This document shows, piece by piece, positions 29,607 to 37,215 of a stretch of DNA of 37,215 bases. Origin of the DNA: a candidate division WOR-3 bacterium (GTDB lineage: Bacteria; Hydrothermota; Hydrothermia; LBFQ01); assembly GCA_027050205.1 (NCBI GenBank), contig JALUCS010000066.1, forward strand, positions 1 through 37,215. The letters are read 5' to 3'. Each line of letters opens with the position of its first letter. Position 1 is the first letter of the stretch. Position numbers and translations under genes: made by a program. A model generated the notes under the pieces. The model did not search any database. It was given only the letters and a program-made list of their open reading frames with translations, and had not been told where the DNA came from.

Positions 29607-30185
29607 ATGAGGTACGTAGTTCCCTCGCTTTTTCTGGGTTTGGTGTCCTGCGCCACCCTCAACCCTCAACACTACGAGAACAACCCCTACGTCCTTGACT
29701 ACACCTTCTCCCCCAAGTTCAACCCCGACAGCCTGGGAACGGTGGCCATATTCTCCCGCCTTGAGGGCGCTCCCAAGCCCTCCCTGGACAAGGTGGCCTA
29801 CGATGCCGCTGCACTACAGCTCCTGAAGACCGGCAAGGTTGACGTTGTGGATAGGGCGAGGGTTGAGGACATACTCAAGGAGCAGGAGTTCTCCTACTCC
29901 GGTTTCGTAGACCAAAAGACGGCCGTAAGGTTGGGTAAGCTCTTGGGTGCCCATGCCGTCCTCTTCTTGGACTTCATAAACTTTGAGGAGGATATGGACA
30001 GCTACACCGTTAGGGTAAACGCCAAACTCATAGACGTGGAAACCGGAAGGATACTGTACGTTGCCAGCGCCCTCGGAAGTGGATGGGACATAGAGTCGGC
30101 CGTGAGCGATGCGGTCAAGAGGGTCCTCAAACCGCTCCTAAAGAGGGCTGTCCCCTCCGAGGGGCAGGAGACGGAGAGGGAATAG
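29607..30185 (+). CDS. CsgG/HfaB-like lipoprotein
   Basis: Lipobox LVSC; VVDRARVEDILKEQ, AVRLGKLLGA, KLIDVETGRIL. Confidence 0.8.
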   Translation: MRYVVPSLFLGLVSCATLNPQHYENNPYVLDYTFSPKFNPDSLGTVAIFSRLEGAPKPSLDKVAYDAAALQLLKTGKVDVVDRARVEDILKEQEFSYSGFVDQKTAVRLGKLLGAHAVLFLDFINFEEDMDSYTVRVNAKLIDVETGRILYVASALGSGWDIESAVSDAVKRVLKPLLKRAVPSEGQETERE

Positions 30186-30215
30186 GGGAGCGGTTTCCAC
30201 CTTAAAATCCTCGTT

Positions 30216-30812
30216 ATGATGCTGATGTACCTCGTTGCTGTGAGCGGTGGGGAGATCGTGGCGAAGGTTAAGGAGGCCGAAAGGAACCTGAAGGATTACA
30301 CCGCCCGGATGGAGTCCAAGACCTACAAGGATGGCAAGCTGGAGTACAAGTTATACATCCAGAAGTACATGCGTCCGGGCTACATCTACATGAAGGTGAT
30401 ACGTGGGGCTAACAGGGGTGGTGTCGCCGTCTATCACCCCGACAGGAAGAAGGTCAGGGTAAAGAAGGGGCCGATACGCCTCTGGCTATCGCCCGACGAT
30501 AGACGTCTCCGTTCCCCCGTTGGCCACCGCATATACGAGAGCCATATCCCTTGGTTCGTCGCCCGCCTCAACGATGGAGCCAAGTTCCTCTCGGAAGGTA
30601 CCCTGTTCGGACGGAAGGTCTATATACTGGAGCAGCCCCTCTCACCCAAGAGGAACTACGGAGCCGTAAAGGCCAAGTACTGGATAGACGCGGAGCGTTT
30701 CCTCCCCCTTATGGTGATAGACTACGGCCCGGACGGCAGCATAGTGAGGGCGGTTAAGTTTATGGATTTGAAGATAAACGTGGGCCTTACTAAAGAGGAC
30801 TTCAAGATATAG
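30216..30812 (+). CDS. LolA-like / outer-membrane lipoprotein-sorting protein
   Basis: DYTA, YWIDAERFLPL, FMDLKINVGLTKEDFK. Confidence 0.7.
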   Translation: MMLMYLVAVSGGEIVAKVKEAERNLKDYTARMESKTYKDGKLEYKLYIQKYMRPGYIYMKVIRGANRGGVAVYHPDRKKVRVKKGPIRLWLSPDDRRLRSPVGHRIYESHIPWFVARLNDGAKFLSEGTLFGRKVYILEQPLSPKRNYGAVKAKYWIDAERFLPLMVIDYGPDGSIVRAVKFMDLKINVGLTKEDFKI

Positions 30813-30815
30813 GCC

Positions 30816-31889
30816 ATGTACGAGAAGTACCTGAAGGTACGGGGCATCTTTTACGGTGTCCTCCTCTTCTCCGTCGTCGGAATGCTCGTTATGTCCTTTC
30901 TGGTGAAGAAGGTCTACGTCAGGGAGGTTATGCTCGTCCCCAGCATAGAGGAGGCCTCGGAGTTGCAGTCCCCGGCGACGATGTTCTACCAGTTGAGCAG
31001 GGGGTTTATGGCCTCTCCGGTTCAGATATTCTTGGACCTGACGGCCCCCTACTCCTTCAAGCGGGAGTTCATAGAAACCTACGGTCTGGACAGCATCCTC
31101 CAGACTAAGAACCCGGACAAACAGGTAAAGATACTTGAGTCTAAAATAGAGATGGAGATAATGCCGAGCGCCAGCATCCTCCTGAAGGTCTACGACTCCG
31201 ATCCTGCGAGGGCCTCCCGACTGGCCAACTGGTACGTTGAGTTCCTCAACGAAAAGGCCAACTACGCCCTGAACGTGAAGGGGCGGGCCTTGAGGGAGTT
31301 CCTTGAGAGGAGGTTGAACCAGGTTAAGGCGGAGATAAAGGCCCTTCAGGACAGCATAGAAGCCCTTGAGATGAGGTCCCACATCCTCAGCGTAGCCCCG
31401 GAGGAGATCCTGGGACCCTCCATAAGCGAGTTTCTAAGCACCCTCGCCAGTAAGGAGGCGGAGTACTCCCTCCTCCGTAGCTCCTACTCCGAGGACGTCC
31501 CGGAGGTTAGCCGCGTAAAGCGGGAGGTTGAGATCCTCCGCAGGGAACTGGAGAACAAGTTCAAGGAGATCCCACCGGCCATAAGGAAGGCCGTATCTTA
31601 CCGGATGGAGCTTGAGCTTAAGAGCAAGGTGTATGCCACCCTATACAGCGAGTACGAGAAGGCCCGCCTGATGGAGCTTAAGAACAACCCTATGTTGCAG
31701 CCCGTCTCTCCCCCTTCTGGCCCCATAAAGAGGATATGGCCCAAGAGGGTCATACCCACCATAACTATGGTCGTAGGCCTGACCTTCGCCCTCCTCTTCC
31801 TCCTCGCCGTCTTCTCCGCCCTTGATCGCCTCCGCGACACTTCGCTCGGACGGATAGCCACCTCCATCCGGGGGGACATCCTACCATGA
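30816..31889 (+). CDS. Wzz/GumC-like polysaccharide chain-length (co-polymerase) protein
   Basis: Two TMs flanking coiled coil; DSDPARASRLAN, PPSGPIKRIWPKR. Confidence 0.8.
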   Translation: MYEKYLKVRGIFYGVLLFSVVGMLVMSFLVKKVYVREVMLVPSIEEASELQSPATMFYQLSRGFMASPVQIFLDLTAPYSFKREFIETYGLDSILQTKNPDKQVKILESKIEMEIMPSASILLKVYDSDPARASRLANWYVEFLNEKANYALNVKGRALREFLERRLNQVKAEIKALQDSIEALEMRSHILSVAPEEILGPSISEFLSTLASKEAEYSLLRSSYSEDVPEVSRVKREVEILRRELENKFKEIPPAIRKAVSYRMELELKSKVYATLYSEYEKARLMELKNNPMLQPVSPPSGPIKRIWPKRVIPTITMVVGLTFALLFLLAVFSALDRLRDTSLGRIATSIRGDILP

Positions 31890-33037
31890 GAAAGGGAAAG
31901 GTCCTCCTCGTCTCCGACGTCTATTACCCCTACCCTGGGGGCATCTCCGAACATGTGCATCAGCTGGCCAAACACCTCCGTAACCTCGGTTGGGAGAGCT
32001 TCATCCTAACGACGCACTTCAAGGGAGGGGTGGAATTTGACGACCCCCCCTACGTCTTCAGGGTAGGTTTTCCCGTCAAGATACTCTTCAACGGCTCCAT
32101 AGCCCCAGTCGCCGTATCCTTCCGAATAAACTCCTACGTCAAGCGGCTGATGAACAGGATGCGGTTTGACGTCGTCCATATTCACGGCCAGGTCGCCCCC
32201 ATACTCCCTATGGTCTCCCTCAAGTTCTCCACCGGGTACAACTTTATCACCTTCCACGCCGCTCACAAGAAGAAGTTTCTGTACAAGCTCTTCAAGCCCT
32301 ACGTAAGGGACTACTTCAACCGTCTCCACGGCCGCATAGCCGTCTCCGAGGCCGCCATAAAGCCCATACTGGAGATCTTCCCCGACATTGATTACCGGAT
32401 AATCCCGAACGGTGTTGATTTGGAGAGGTTTCGCCCGGACCTTCAGCCCCTCCCCCACCTCAAGGGCTACAGGAACGTCCTCTTCGTAGGTAGGCCGGAG
32501 CCGAGGAAGGGCCTCAAGTACGCCATACTCGCCCTGCCCCACATCCTCCGGGAGATACCCGACGCCCGCCTCGTGGTCGTTGGGGACGGCCCCCTCCTTG
32601 GGTGGTACAAGTCTATGGTACCGGAGTCCATAAAGGACCGCGTCCTCTTTGAGGGAAAGGTCCCCGCCTCCATCCTACCGAGGTACTACCGCAGCGCAGA
32701 GGTCTTCGTCTCCCCAGCGACGGGGTCGGAGAGCTTTGGCCTCGTCCTCCTTGAAGCGATGGCAACGGGTACCCCGGTGGTAGCAGCAAGGAACGAGGGG
32801 TACTCCCTCGTTATAAGGGACGGTGAAAACGGTCTCCTATGCAACGTAGAGGACGAGATTGACCTCGCCGCAAAGGTCGTACGGGTGATGAAAGACAGAA
32901 AGTTGAGGGACAGGATAGTGGCGGGAGGGTTGGAGACCGCCCGACGCCACGGTTGGGATAGGATAGCCGCCGAGGTTGAGAGGTACTATCTGGACGTTAT
33001 GGAGAGGTATGAAGGCGGTAGAGTTCGTGCGGTGTAG
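31886..33037 (+). CDS. GT4 glycosyltransferase (PimA-like)
   Basis: YPYPGGISEHV, IPNGVD, FVGRPEPRKG, ESFGLVLLEAMA. Confidence 0.9.
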   Translation: MRKGKVLLVSDVYYPYPGGISEHVHQLAKHLRNLGWESFILTTHFKGGVEFDDPPYVFRVGFPVKILFNGSIAPVAVSFRINSYVKRLMNRMRFDVVHIHGQVAPILPMVSLKFSTGYNFITFHAAHKKKFLYKLFKPYVRDYFNRLHGRIAVSEAAIKPILEIFPDIDYRIIPNGVDLERFRPDLQPLPHLKGYRNVLFVGRPEPRKGLKYAILALPHILREIPDARLVVVGDGPLLGWYKSMVPESIKDRVLFEGKVPASILPRYYRSAEVFVSPATGSESFGLVLLEAMATGTPVVAARNEGYSLVIRDGENGLLCNVEDEIDLAAKVVRVMKDRKLRDRIVAGGLETARRHGWDRIAAEVERYYLDVMERYEGGRVRAV

Positions 33038-33593
33038 CATAGGATACACCTACCCCATCCTTAGGGACTTGAACTTCTCCGTAGAGGCCGGCGACCTCTT
33101 AAACATCTACGGGGACAACGGCAGCGGAAAGACGACACTACTGAAGGCCCTCGTAGGGGCGGTTAGCGTAAAGGGGGAGATAAGGGTCTTCTCAAGGAAT
33201 ATTCTGGACCTAAAGCCCATAGAGAGGGTTAGGTACGTCTCCGTCCTCTTTGCGGAGGTCCTCCGTGGGGAGATAACCGTACGCCGCTACCTCTCCCTGT
33301 CCTTCACCTCCTCATCGTGGGAACTCGTCGGATACTACGGGATAGAGGAGCTGTTGGACAGGCCCCTCAAGGCCCTATCCTCCGGCCAGAACAGGAAGGT
33401 CCAGTTGGTGCGCGCCCTCTCCTCCTCCGCCCCCGTCCTCGCCCTTGATGAGCCTTTCTCTCACCTGGACGAGGGTACGAAGCAGAAGCTCAAGGACCAC
33501 ATCCGCAACCTCCACAGGAAGGGCCGGACCATCATAATAACCTCCCACAGACCCCTCGGTATGGGGAGGGCGATGAAACTCCCACCCGATTGA
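33009..33593 (+). CDS. ABC transporter ATP-binding protein
   Basis: GDNGSGKTT, LSSGQ, LDEPF, ITSH; start probably MKAVEF. Confidence 0.85.
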   Translation: MKAVEFVRCSIGYTYPILRDLNFSVEAGDLLNIYGDNGSGKTTLLKALVGAVSVKGEIRVFSRNILDLKPIERVRYVSVLFAEVLRGEITVRRYLSLSFTSSSWELVGYYGIEELLDRPLKALSSGQNRKVQLVRALSSSAPVLALDEPFSHLDEGTKQKLKDHIRNLHRKGRTIIITSHRPLGMGRAMKLPPD

Positions 33594-33597
33594 GGGC

Positions 33598-34428
33598 CTA
33601 CCTGATCCTACCCCACATGTAATCCAACAGCTCCCCGAAGTACCCCCTGAACCCTCCCCTCTCCAGCTCCCACTCCACCCGCTCTAAGTACCTCTTAGCC
33701 ATCTCTAAGGTGGCACCGATGGGGTCTGGATGGCCCATCTTCTCGTAGATGTGGGGGAGGGTGGGCTTGCCGACGTCTTCGTCGTAGTCGTCCCGGTCGT
33801 CCAGTATCTGAAAGGCCATCCCGAAGCTTTTCCCCGCCTCCCGGAGGAAAGGGTTGTCCTCCCCAGCGATCAGGGAACCGGAGACGAAGGCCAACTCGTA
33901 GAGTGAGGCCGTCTTGTTGTATATCACGTCAAGGTAGAGATGCTCGTCAAACCTGTCGGGAGGAGTAACGTCCTCCACGTACTGCCCGTAAGACATCTTA
34001 TATACGGTCTCGGACATAGCCGACAGGTAGAGCGGCACATCCACCTTGGCCACCTCGGACAGGGCCTTGGTAAAGACGAGGTCTCCCACGAGAACCGCCC
34101 TCCTGATGGAGAAGATGTCGTTCAGGGTACGCCCCCCCCTACGGGTGTTGGCCTCATCTACTATGTCGTCGTGGATGAGAGAGGCGGCGTGTATCATCTC
34201 CAGGGCGTACCCGGAGAGTACGGCCGTACCTTCGTCTATGCCAAAGATCCCGCAGCTGATGTCGGAGGCTATAGCACGGAGCCGCTTGCCCTTGATGAGG
34301 TAGACGGGTATATCCAACCATCGGGCCATCTCCTCCAACAAAGCCTCAAGCTTTTCTAAATAATCCCGATGTTTTTCCCAAATTGCACTAAGATGTTCCC
34401 TCAATTTCGTACTTCTCCTTTTTTCCAT
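33598..34428 (-). CDS. Polyprenyl diphosphate synthase
   Basis: GKRLR, EMIHAASLIHDDIVD...RRG, KTASL, FQILDD, GKPTLP. Confidence 0.92.
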   Translation of the reverse strand: MEKRRSTKLREHLSAIWEKHRDYLEKLEALLEEMARWLDIPVYLIKGKRLRAIASDISCGIFGIDEGTAVLSGYALEMIHAASLIHDDIVDEANTRRGGRTLNDIFSIRRAVLVGDLVFTKALSEVAKVDVPLYLSAMSETVYKMSYGQYVEDVTPPDRFDEHLYLDVIYNKTASLYELAFVSGSLIAGEDNPFLREAGKSFGMAFQILDDRDDYDEDVGKPTLPHIYEKMGHPDPIGATLEMAKRYLERVEWELERGGFRGYFGELLDYMWGRIR

Positions 34429-35149
34429 CCTCGTACTTCAAAACGTAGTACCCCGCAATCACATTCACCTCTACCACCTTCGCCTTACCCTTCTCGGTGT
34501 CTATTATAGCGTTGAGCCTCGGTACTTTCTTGGCCATTTCCTCGTAAAAGGGCATCTCGTACGAGAGGCAACAGAGGAGACGGCCACACGCCCCAGTCAG
34601 TTTATCCGGGGCGGCGAAGAGGTACTGCCTTCGGGCCATATCCTGGGTCACGGATGGGACGTTCTTGAGCCACACGTGGCAGCACAGCTCAAGGCCACAC
34701 CTTCCGAGCCATCCCACACGGGCGGCGTACTTCTGCCTGTGAAGGAAAACGAACTCCACCCTTACGTGGAGGAACTGGGCGATGCCAGCGGCGAGGCTCC
34801 TGGCGTCGTTTATCTGCCTGTCGGACACGTACTCTACCGTAAGTATGCCCCTGTTGAGATCCAGGTAGGCTTCGCCTATCTTCACGTTCAGCCCCCTCTC
34901 CCACAGGATCCCCTTCACCATATTCTTCATTATCCGGAGGATCTCCTTCTTGGAGGCTTCCCGTACGAACTCCGCCCGCTTGAGCTTCTCTCCCTCCTTG
35001 AGGGTCCTAATCCTTAACACCTTCACGAGGCGGTCGTAGTTCTCCCCCTCAAAACGGAGGAAGACGTAGCTACACCTCCCCTTACACCTCAAACGATTGG
35101 TCAGTAGGAGATGCTCAAACCCCCCACCTATGATAGAGGTTTCTATCAC
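34388..35149 (-). CDS. ricT: PSP1/RicT (YaaT) family regulatory Fe-S protein
   Basis: [25 protein letters not shown]; start placed at GTG 35149 overlapping the infA stop (GTGA). Confidence 0.85.
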   Translation of the reverse strand: MIETSIIGGGFEHLLLTNRLRCKGRCSYVFLRFEGENYDRLVKVLRIRTLKEGEKLKRAEFVREASKKEILRIMKNMVKGILWERGLNVKIGEAYLDLNRGILTVEYVSDRQINDARSLAAGIAQFLHVRVEFVFLHRQKYAARVGWLGRCGLELCCHVWLKNVPSVTQDMARRQYLFAAPDKLTGACGRLLCCLSYEMPFYEEMAKKVPRLNAIIDTEKGKAKVVEVNVIAGYYVLKYEDGKKEKYEIEGTS

Positions 35150-35361
35150 TTGCGGGCGACTATCCGCCCCCTTGTCAGGTCGTAGGCGCTTAGCTCTACG
35201 ACTACCCTGTCTCCCGGAACGATCCTTATCCATCTTACCCTCATCTTCCCGCTTAGGTGCGCCTTTACCTCTATACCGTTGTCCAACCTAACACGGAACA
35301 TCGTGTTGGGAAGCACCTCAACAACGGTACCCTCCATGCGTATGGTACCCTTCTTAGCCAT
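35146..35361 (-). CDS. infA: Translation initiation factor IF-1
   Basis: [24 protein letters not shown]...HLSGKMR...YDLTRGRI. Confidence 0.97.
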   Translation of the reverse strand: MAKKGTIRMEGTVVEVLPNTMFRVRLDNGIEVKAHLSGKMRVRWIRIVPGDRVVVELSAYDLTRGRIVARK

Positions 35362-36127
35362 CTATGTCCTCCGTAAGAATTTCCGGTCCGTCCTCACTGA
35401 TATACACCGTATGCTCGTAATGGGCGGACCAGCTGCCGTCTGCCGTCACGATGGTCCATCCGTCGGACAGGGTGATTATCCGCTCGGTCCCTACGTTTAT
35501 CATCGGCTCTATGGCGAGGGTCATACGGGGCCTTATCCGGCCATCCTTGTCCAGATCCTTGGGGTTGTTGGGTATGACGGGGTCCTCGTGGAGCTCAAGG
35601 CCAACGCCGTGGCCGGTGACGGTTTCCGCAGGGTAGAAGCCGTACCTCCGGGCTACCCTGTAGATGGCGTAGGTGACGTCGGATATGCGGTTTCCGGGCC
35701 TGCTCTCCTCTATGGCGGCGTACAGGGCCTCCTTGGTCGCCCTCATCAGGGTCCTTATCCTCGGCGGCACCTTCCCAAGGGAGAAGGTCCAGGCCGTATC
35801 GGCATGGTAGCCGTCCTTATAGACCCCTACGTCCACCTTCACCAGCATAGGGGCCTTGAAGACCTTACTCCGAAGGGGAAGGCCGTGAACGACCTCGTTG
35901 TTTATGGACACGCACGTGCTGTACCTATACACCTTCCCCTCAACCTCGTAGTTGAGGAAGGAGGGTTCCGCCCCCTGCGAGAATATGAAGTCCCGCAGAG
36001 CCTCATCTATATCCGCAGCCGAAACCCCCTCCCTTACCATCTCTTTGGCTATCCGTAGGGCTTCGGAGGCGATACGGGCGGCCTCACGGAGACCCAATAG
36101 GTCCGTATTACTCTTCAGAATGACCAT
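35354..36127 (-). CDS. map: Methionine aminopeptidase type I
   Basis: [35 protein letters not shown]; real start MVILK at 36127 (the ORF-track extension runs into a CRISPR repeat). Confidence 0.95.
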   Translation of the reverse strand: MVILKSNTDLLGLREAARIASEALRIAKEMVREGVSAADIDEALRDFIFSQGAEPSFLNYEVEGKVYRYSTCVSINNEVVHGLPLRSKVFKAPMLVKVDVGVYKDGYHADTAWTFSLGKVPPRIRTLMRATKEALYAAIEESRPGNRISDVTYAIYRVARRYGFYPAETVTGHGVGLELHEDPVIPNNPKDLDKDGRIRPRMTLAIEPMINVGTERIITLSDGWTIVTADGSWSAHYEHTVYISEDGPEILTEDIDG

Positions 36128-36172
36128 CGCGAGGATGCTATTATACCGTAGAAAGAGGCACGAGGACGCCTT

Positions 36173-36483
36173 GTTTAAATTCCACAAGGTAGATTTCGGA
36201 CCCTCATAGCCATCGCCTACATCACCCCGGAAGGTTCAAAGTTTAAATTCCACAAGGTAGATTTGGGGCAGGCGGTATCGTGCGCGCTGTTGGAGAGGCG
36301 ATCCAGTTCAAATTCCACAAGGCAGATTTGGGACAGGACGAGAACGGAAACCCGCTCCCCTACATTCCCCCGTTCAAATTCCACTAAGGTAGATTTGGGA
36401 GCCTGGTGAAAGTTGGTGTCCCTGTTCGGGATAAGTAGATTGGAGACACGGGAGGTTCAAATCCCACGAGGTAGGTTGTTTTA
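36173..36483 (-). CRISPR. CRISPR array segment 1: 5 variant repeats, the rightmost most degenerate
   Basis: Repeats at 36173, 36241, 36306, 36372, 36455; spacers 39, 36, 37, 53 nt. Orientation inferred from the ATTTGAAC 3' handle on the minus strand. Confidence 0.9.
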
Positions 36484-36497
36484 ATTCTGGATACGCG

Positions 36498-36522
36498 AGC
36501 CTCCATAGGGCTTGCGTTAAAC
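36498..36522 (+). other. Stem-loop in the CRISPR-interrupting insert
   Basis: ACGCGAGCC-tccatag-GGCTTGCGT (9 bp, one G.U), enclosed by TTGTTT...AAACAA. Confidence 0.6.
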
Positions 36523-36625
36523 AACCGCCTCGGACCCGACCCTGAACAGCCGAGAACCATCATTCGCCCCCTATCCCTTTTCGTTCCCGCGTTAAAGAAT
36601 GATTAGGACAAAAAAGGAGGAAAAT

Positions 36626-36706
36626 ATGATTGAAATTTCAATTCCCCTTGCTTTTGTTATGATTTTTGTTTCCATTAAGATTACTATTAACATCCACATT
36701 AGGTAA
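36626..36706 (+). CDS. 26-aa Ile-rich hydrophobic mini-protein MIEISIPLAFVMIFVSIKITINIHIR (putative small toxin or leader peptide)
   Basis: AGGAGG at 36615-36620, ATG 36626, TAA 36704-36706; 11-bp hairpin immediately after the stop. Confidence 0.55.
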   Translation: MIEISIPLAFVMIFVSIKITINIHIR

Positions 36707-36791
36707 GGTTAAATCTAAATAAGGTAGATTTGATCATAGGGTAGATTCAGGGCCGGGGCAGTCTCCCTGCCGAGATAGAACCCCACAGCCA

Positions 36792-37215
36792 GTTCAAATT
36801 CCACAAGGTAGATTTGGGACTTAGGTAGTAGTAGAACCAGATCGGGAGTTCAGATAGGTTCAAATTCCACAAGGTAGATTTCGGACTAAACCTACCCTTT
36901 ACCACCGCTATATCTACACCCTTGTTCAAATTCCACAAGGTAGATTTCGGACAGGACGATGGGCTTGTACTTAGCCGCATCGTCCTCTAGTTCAAATTCC
37001 ACAAGGTAGATTTCGGACCGTTGTATGCCGGTGGTGATGGCCTTCTGGTCATCACGTTCAAATTCCACAAGGTAGATTTCGGACTTGTCAAGTGGCCAGA
37101 TGGACAGGAGAGATGGACAGCGTTCAAATTCCACAAGGTAGATTTCGGACGAAATTTTAATACCTCCGCCAGATAAGGACGAACCTGTTCAAATTCCACA
37201 AGGTAGATTTCGGAC
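36792..37215 (-). CRISPR. CRISPR array segment 2: 7 repeats GTTCAAATTCCACAAGGTAGATTTCGGAC (+ strand), truncated by the window end
   Basis: Repeats at 36792, 36858, 36924, 36990, 37056, 37122, 37187; six unique spacers of 36-37 nt; degenerate half-repeat at ~36737-36753. Confidence 0.97.

Noticed and set aside
35150..35233. N-terminal extension of RicT
   Set aside because: Lies inside infA; the GTGA overlap at 35149 is the likely start
35279..36058. Long + strand ORF (259 aa) and similar antisense ORFs (e.g. 10000-10827, 30642-31382)
   Set aside because: Shadows of well-supported genes in GC-rich DNA
36449..36470. GGAGGTTCAAATCCCAC looks like a tRNA T-arm
   Set aside because: The stem does not pair fully and there is no cloverleaf; it is the degenerate CRISPR repeat R5
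36953..36989. Spacer with internal inverted repeat AGGACGATG...CATCGTCCT
   Set aside because: Normal length, flanked by perfect repeats and reads as coding sequence; probably incidental
36202..37186. Self-targeting spacers
   Set aside because: By eye only chance matches of 11 nt or fewer within the window; needs a genome-wide BLAST
36747..37199. ORFs with repeating PKSTLWNLN / SEIYLVEFE
   Set aside because: Translations of the CRISPR repeats
1..37215. cas genes, transposases, integrases, rRNA or tRNA
   Set aside because: None recognisable in the ORF track or the sequence

Overview
GC-rich bacterial chromosomal segment, probably a thermophile of the FCB/WOR-3 grade. That placement is inferred from T9SS-type C-terminal domains, PorV-like and PG0541-like proteins, heavy AGG/ATA codon use and an Aquificae-like CRISPR repeat. 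It carries housekeeping genes (nuoB, ribA, queE, ugd, fabD, tilS, miaB, a polyprenyl synthase, ricT/PSP1, infA, map), envelope and secreted proteins, and several apparently degenerate enzymes. It ends in a CRISPR locus (29-bp repeat) with no cas genes in the window. The most striking feature is that the array is split in two by a ~300-bp structured insert. Repeats decay towards the insert from both sides. The insert holds a perfect Shine-Dalgarno and a 26-codon Ile-rich hydrophobic mini-ORF, a candidate CRISPR-embedded toxin/addiction or regulatory module. Three window-wide patterns also stand out: a TAnnnT -10 box 6-8 nt before most first-gene start codons (leaderless mRNAs), ultra-short N-terminal signal peptides, and strong enrichment of D-[ST]-[AILVMT] O-glycosylation-like sequons in exported proteins.
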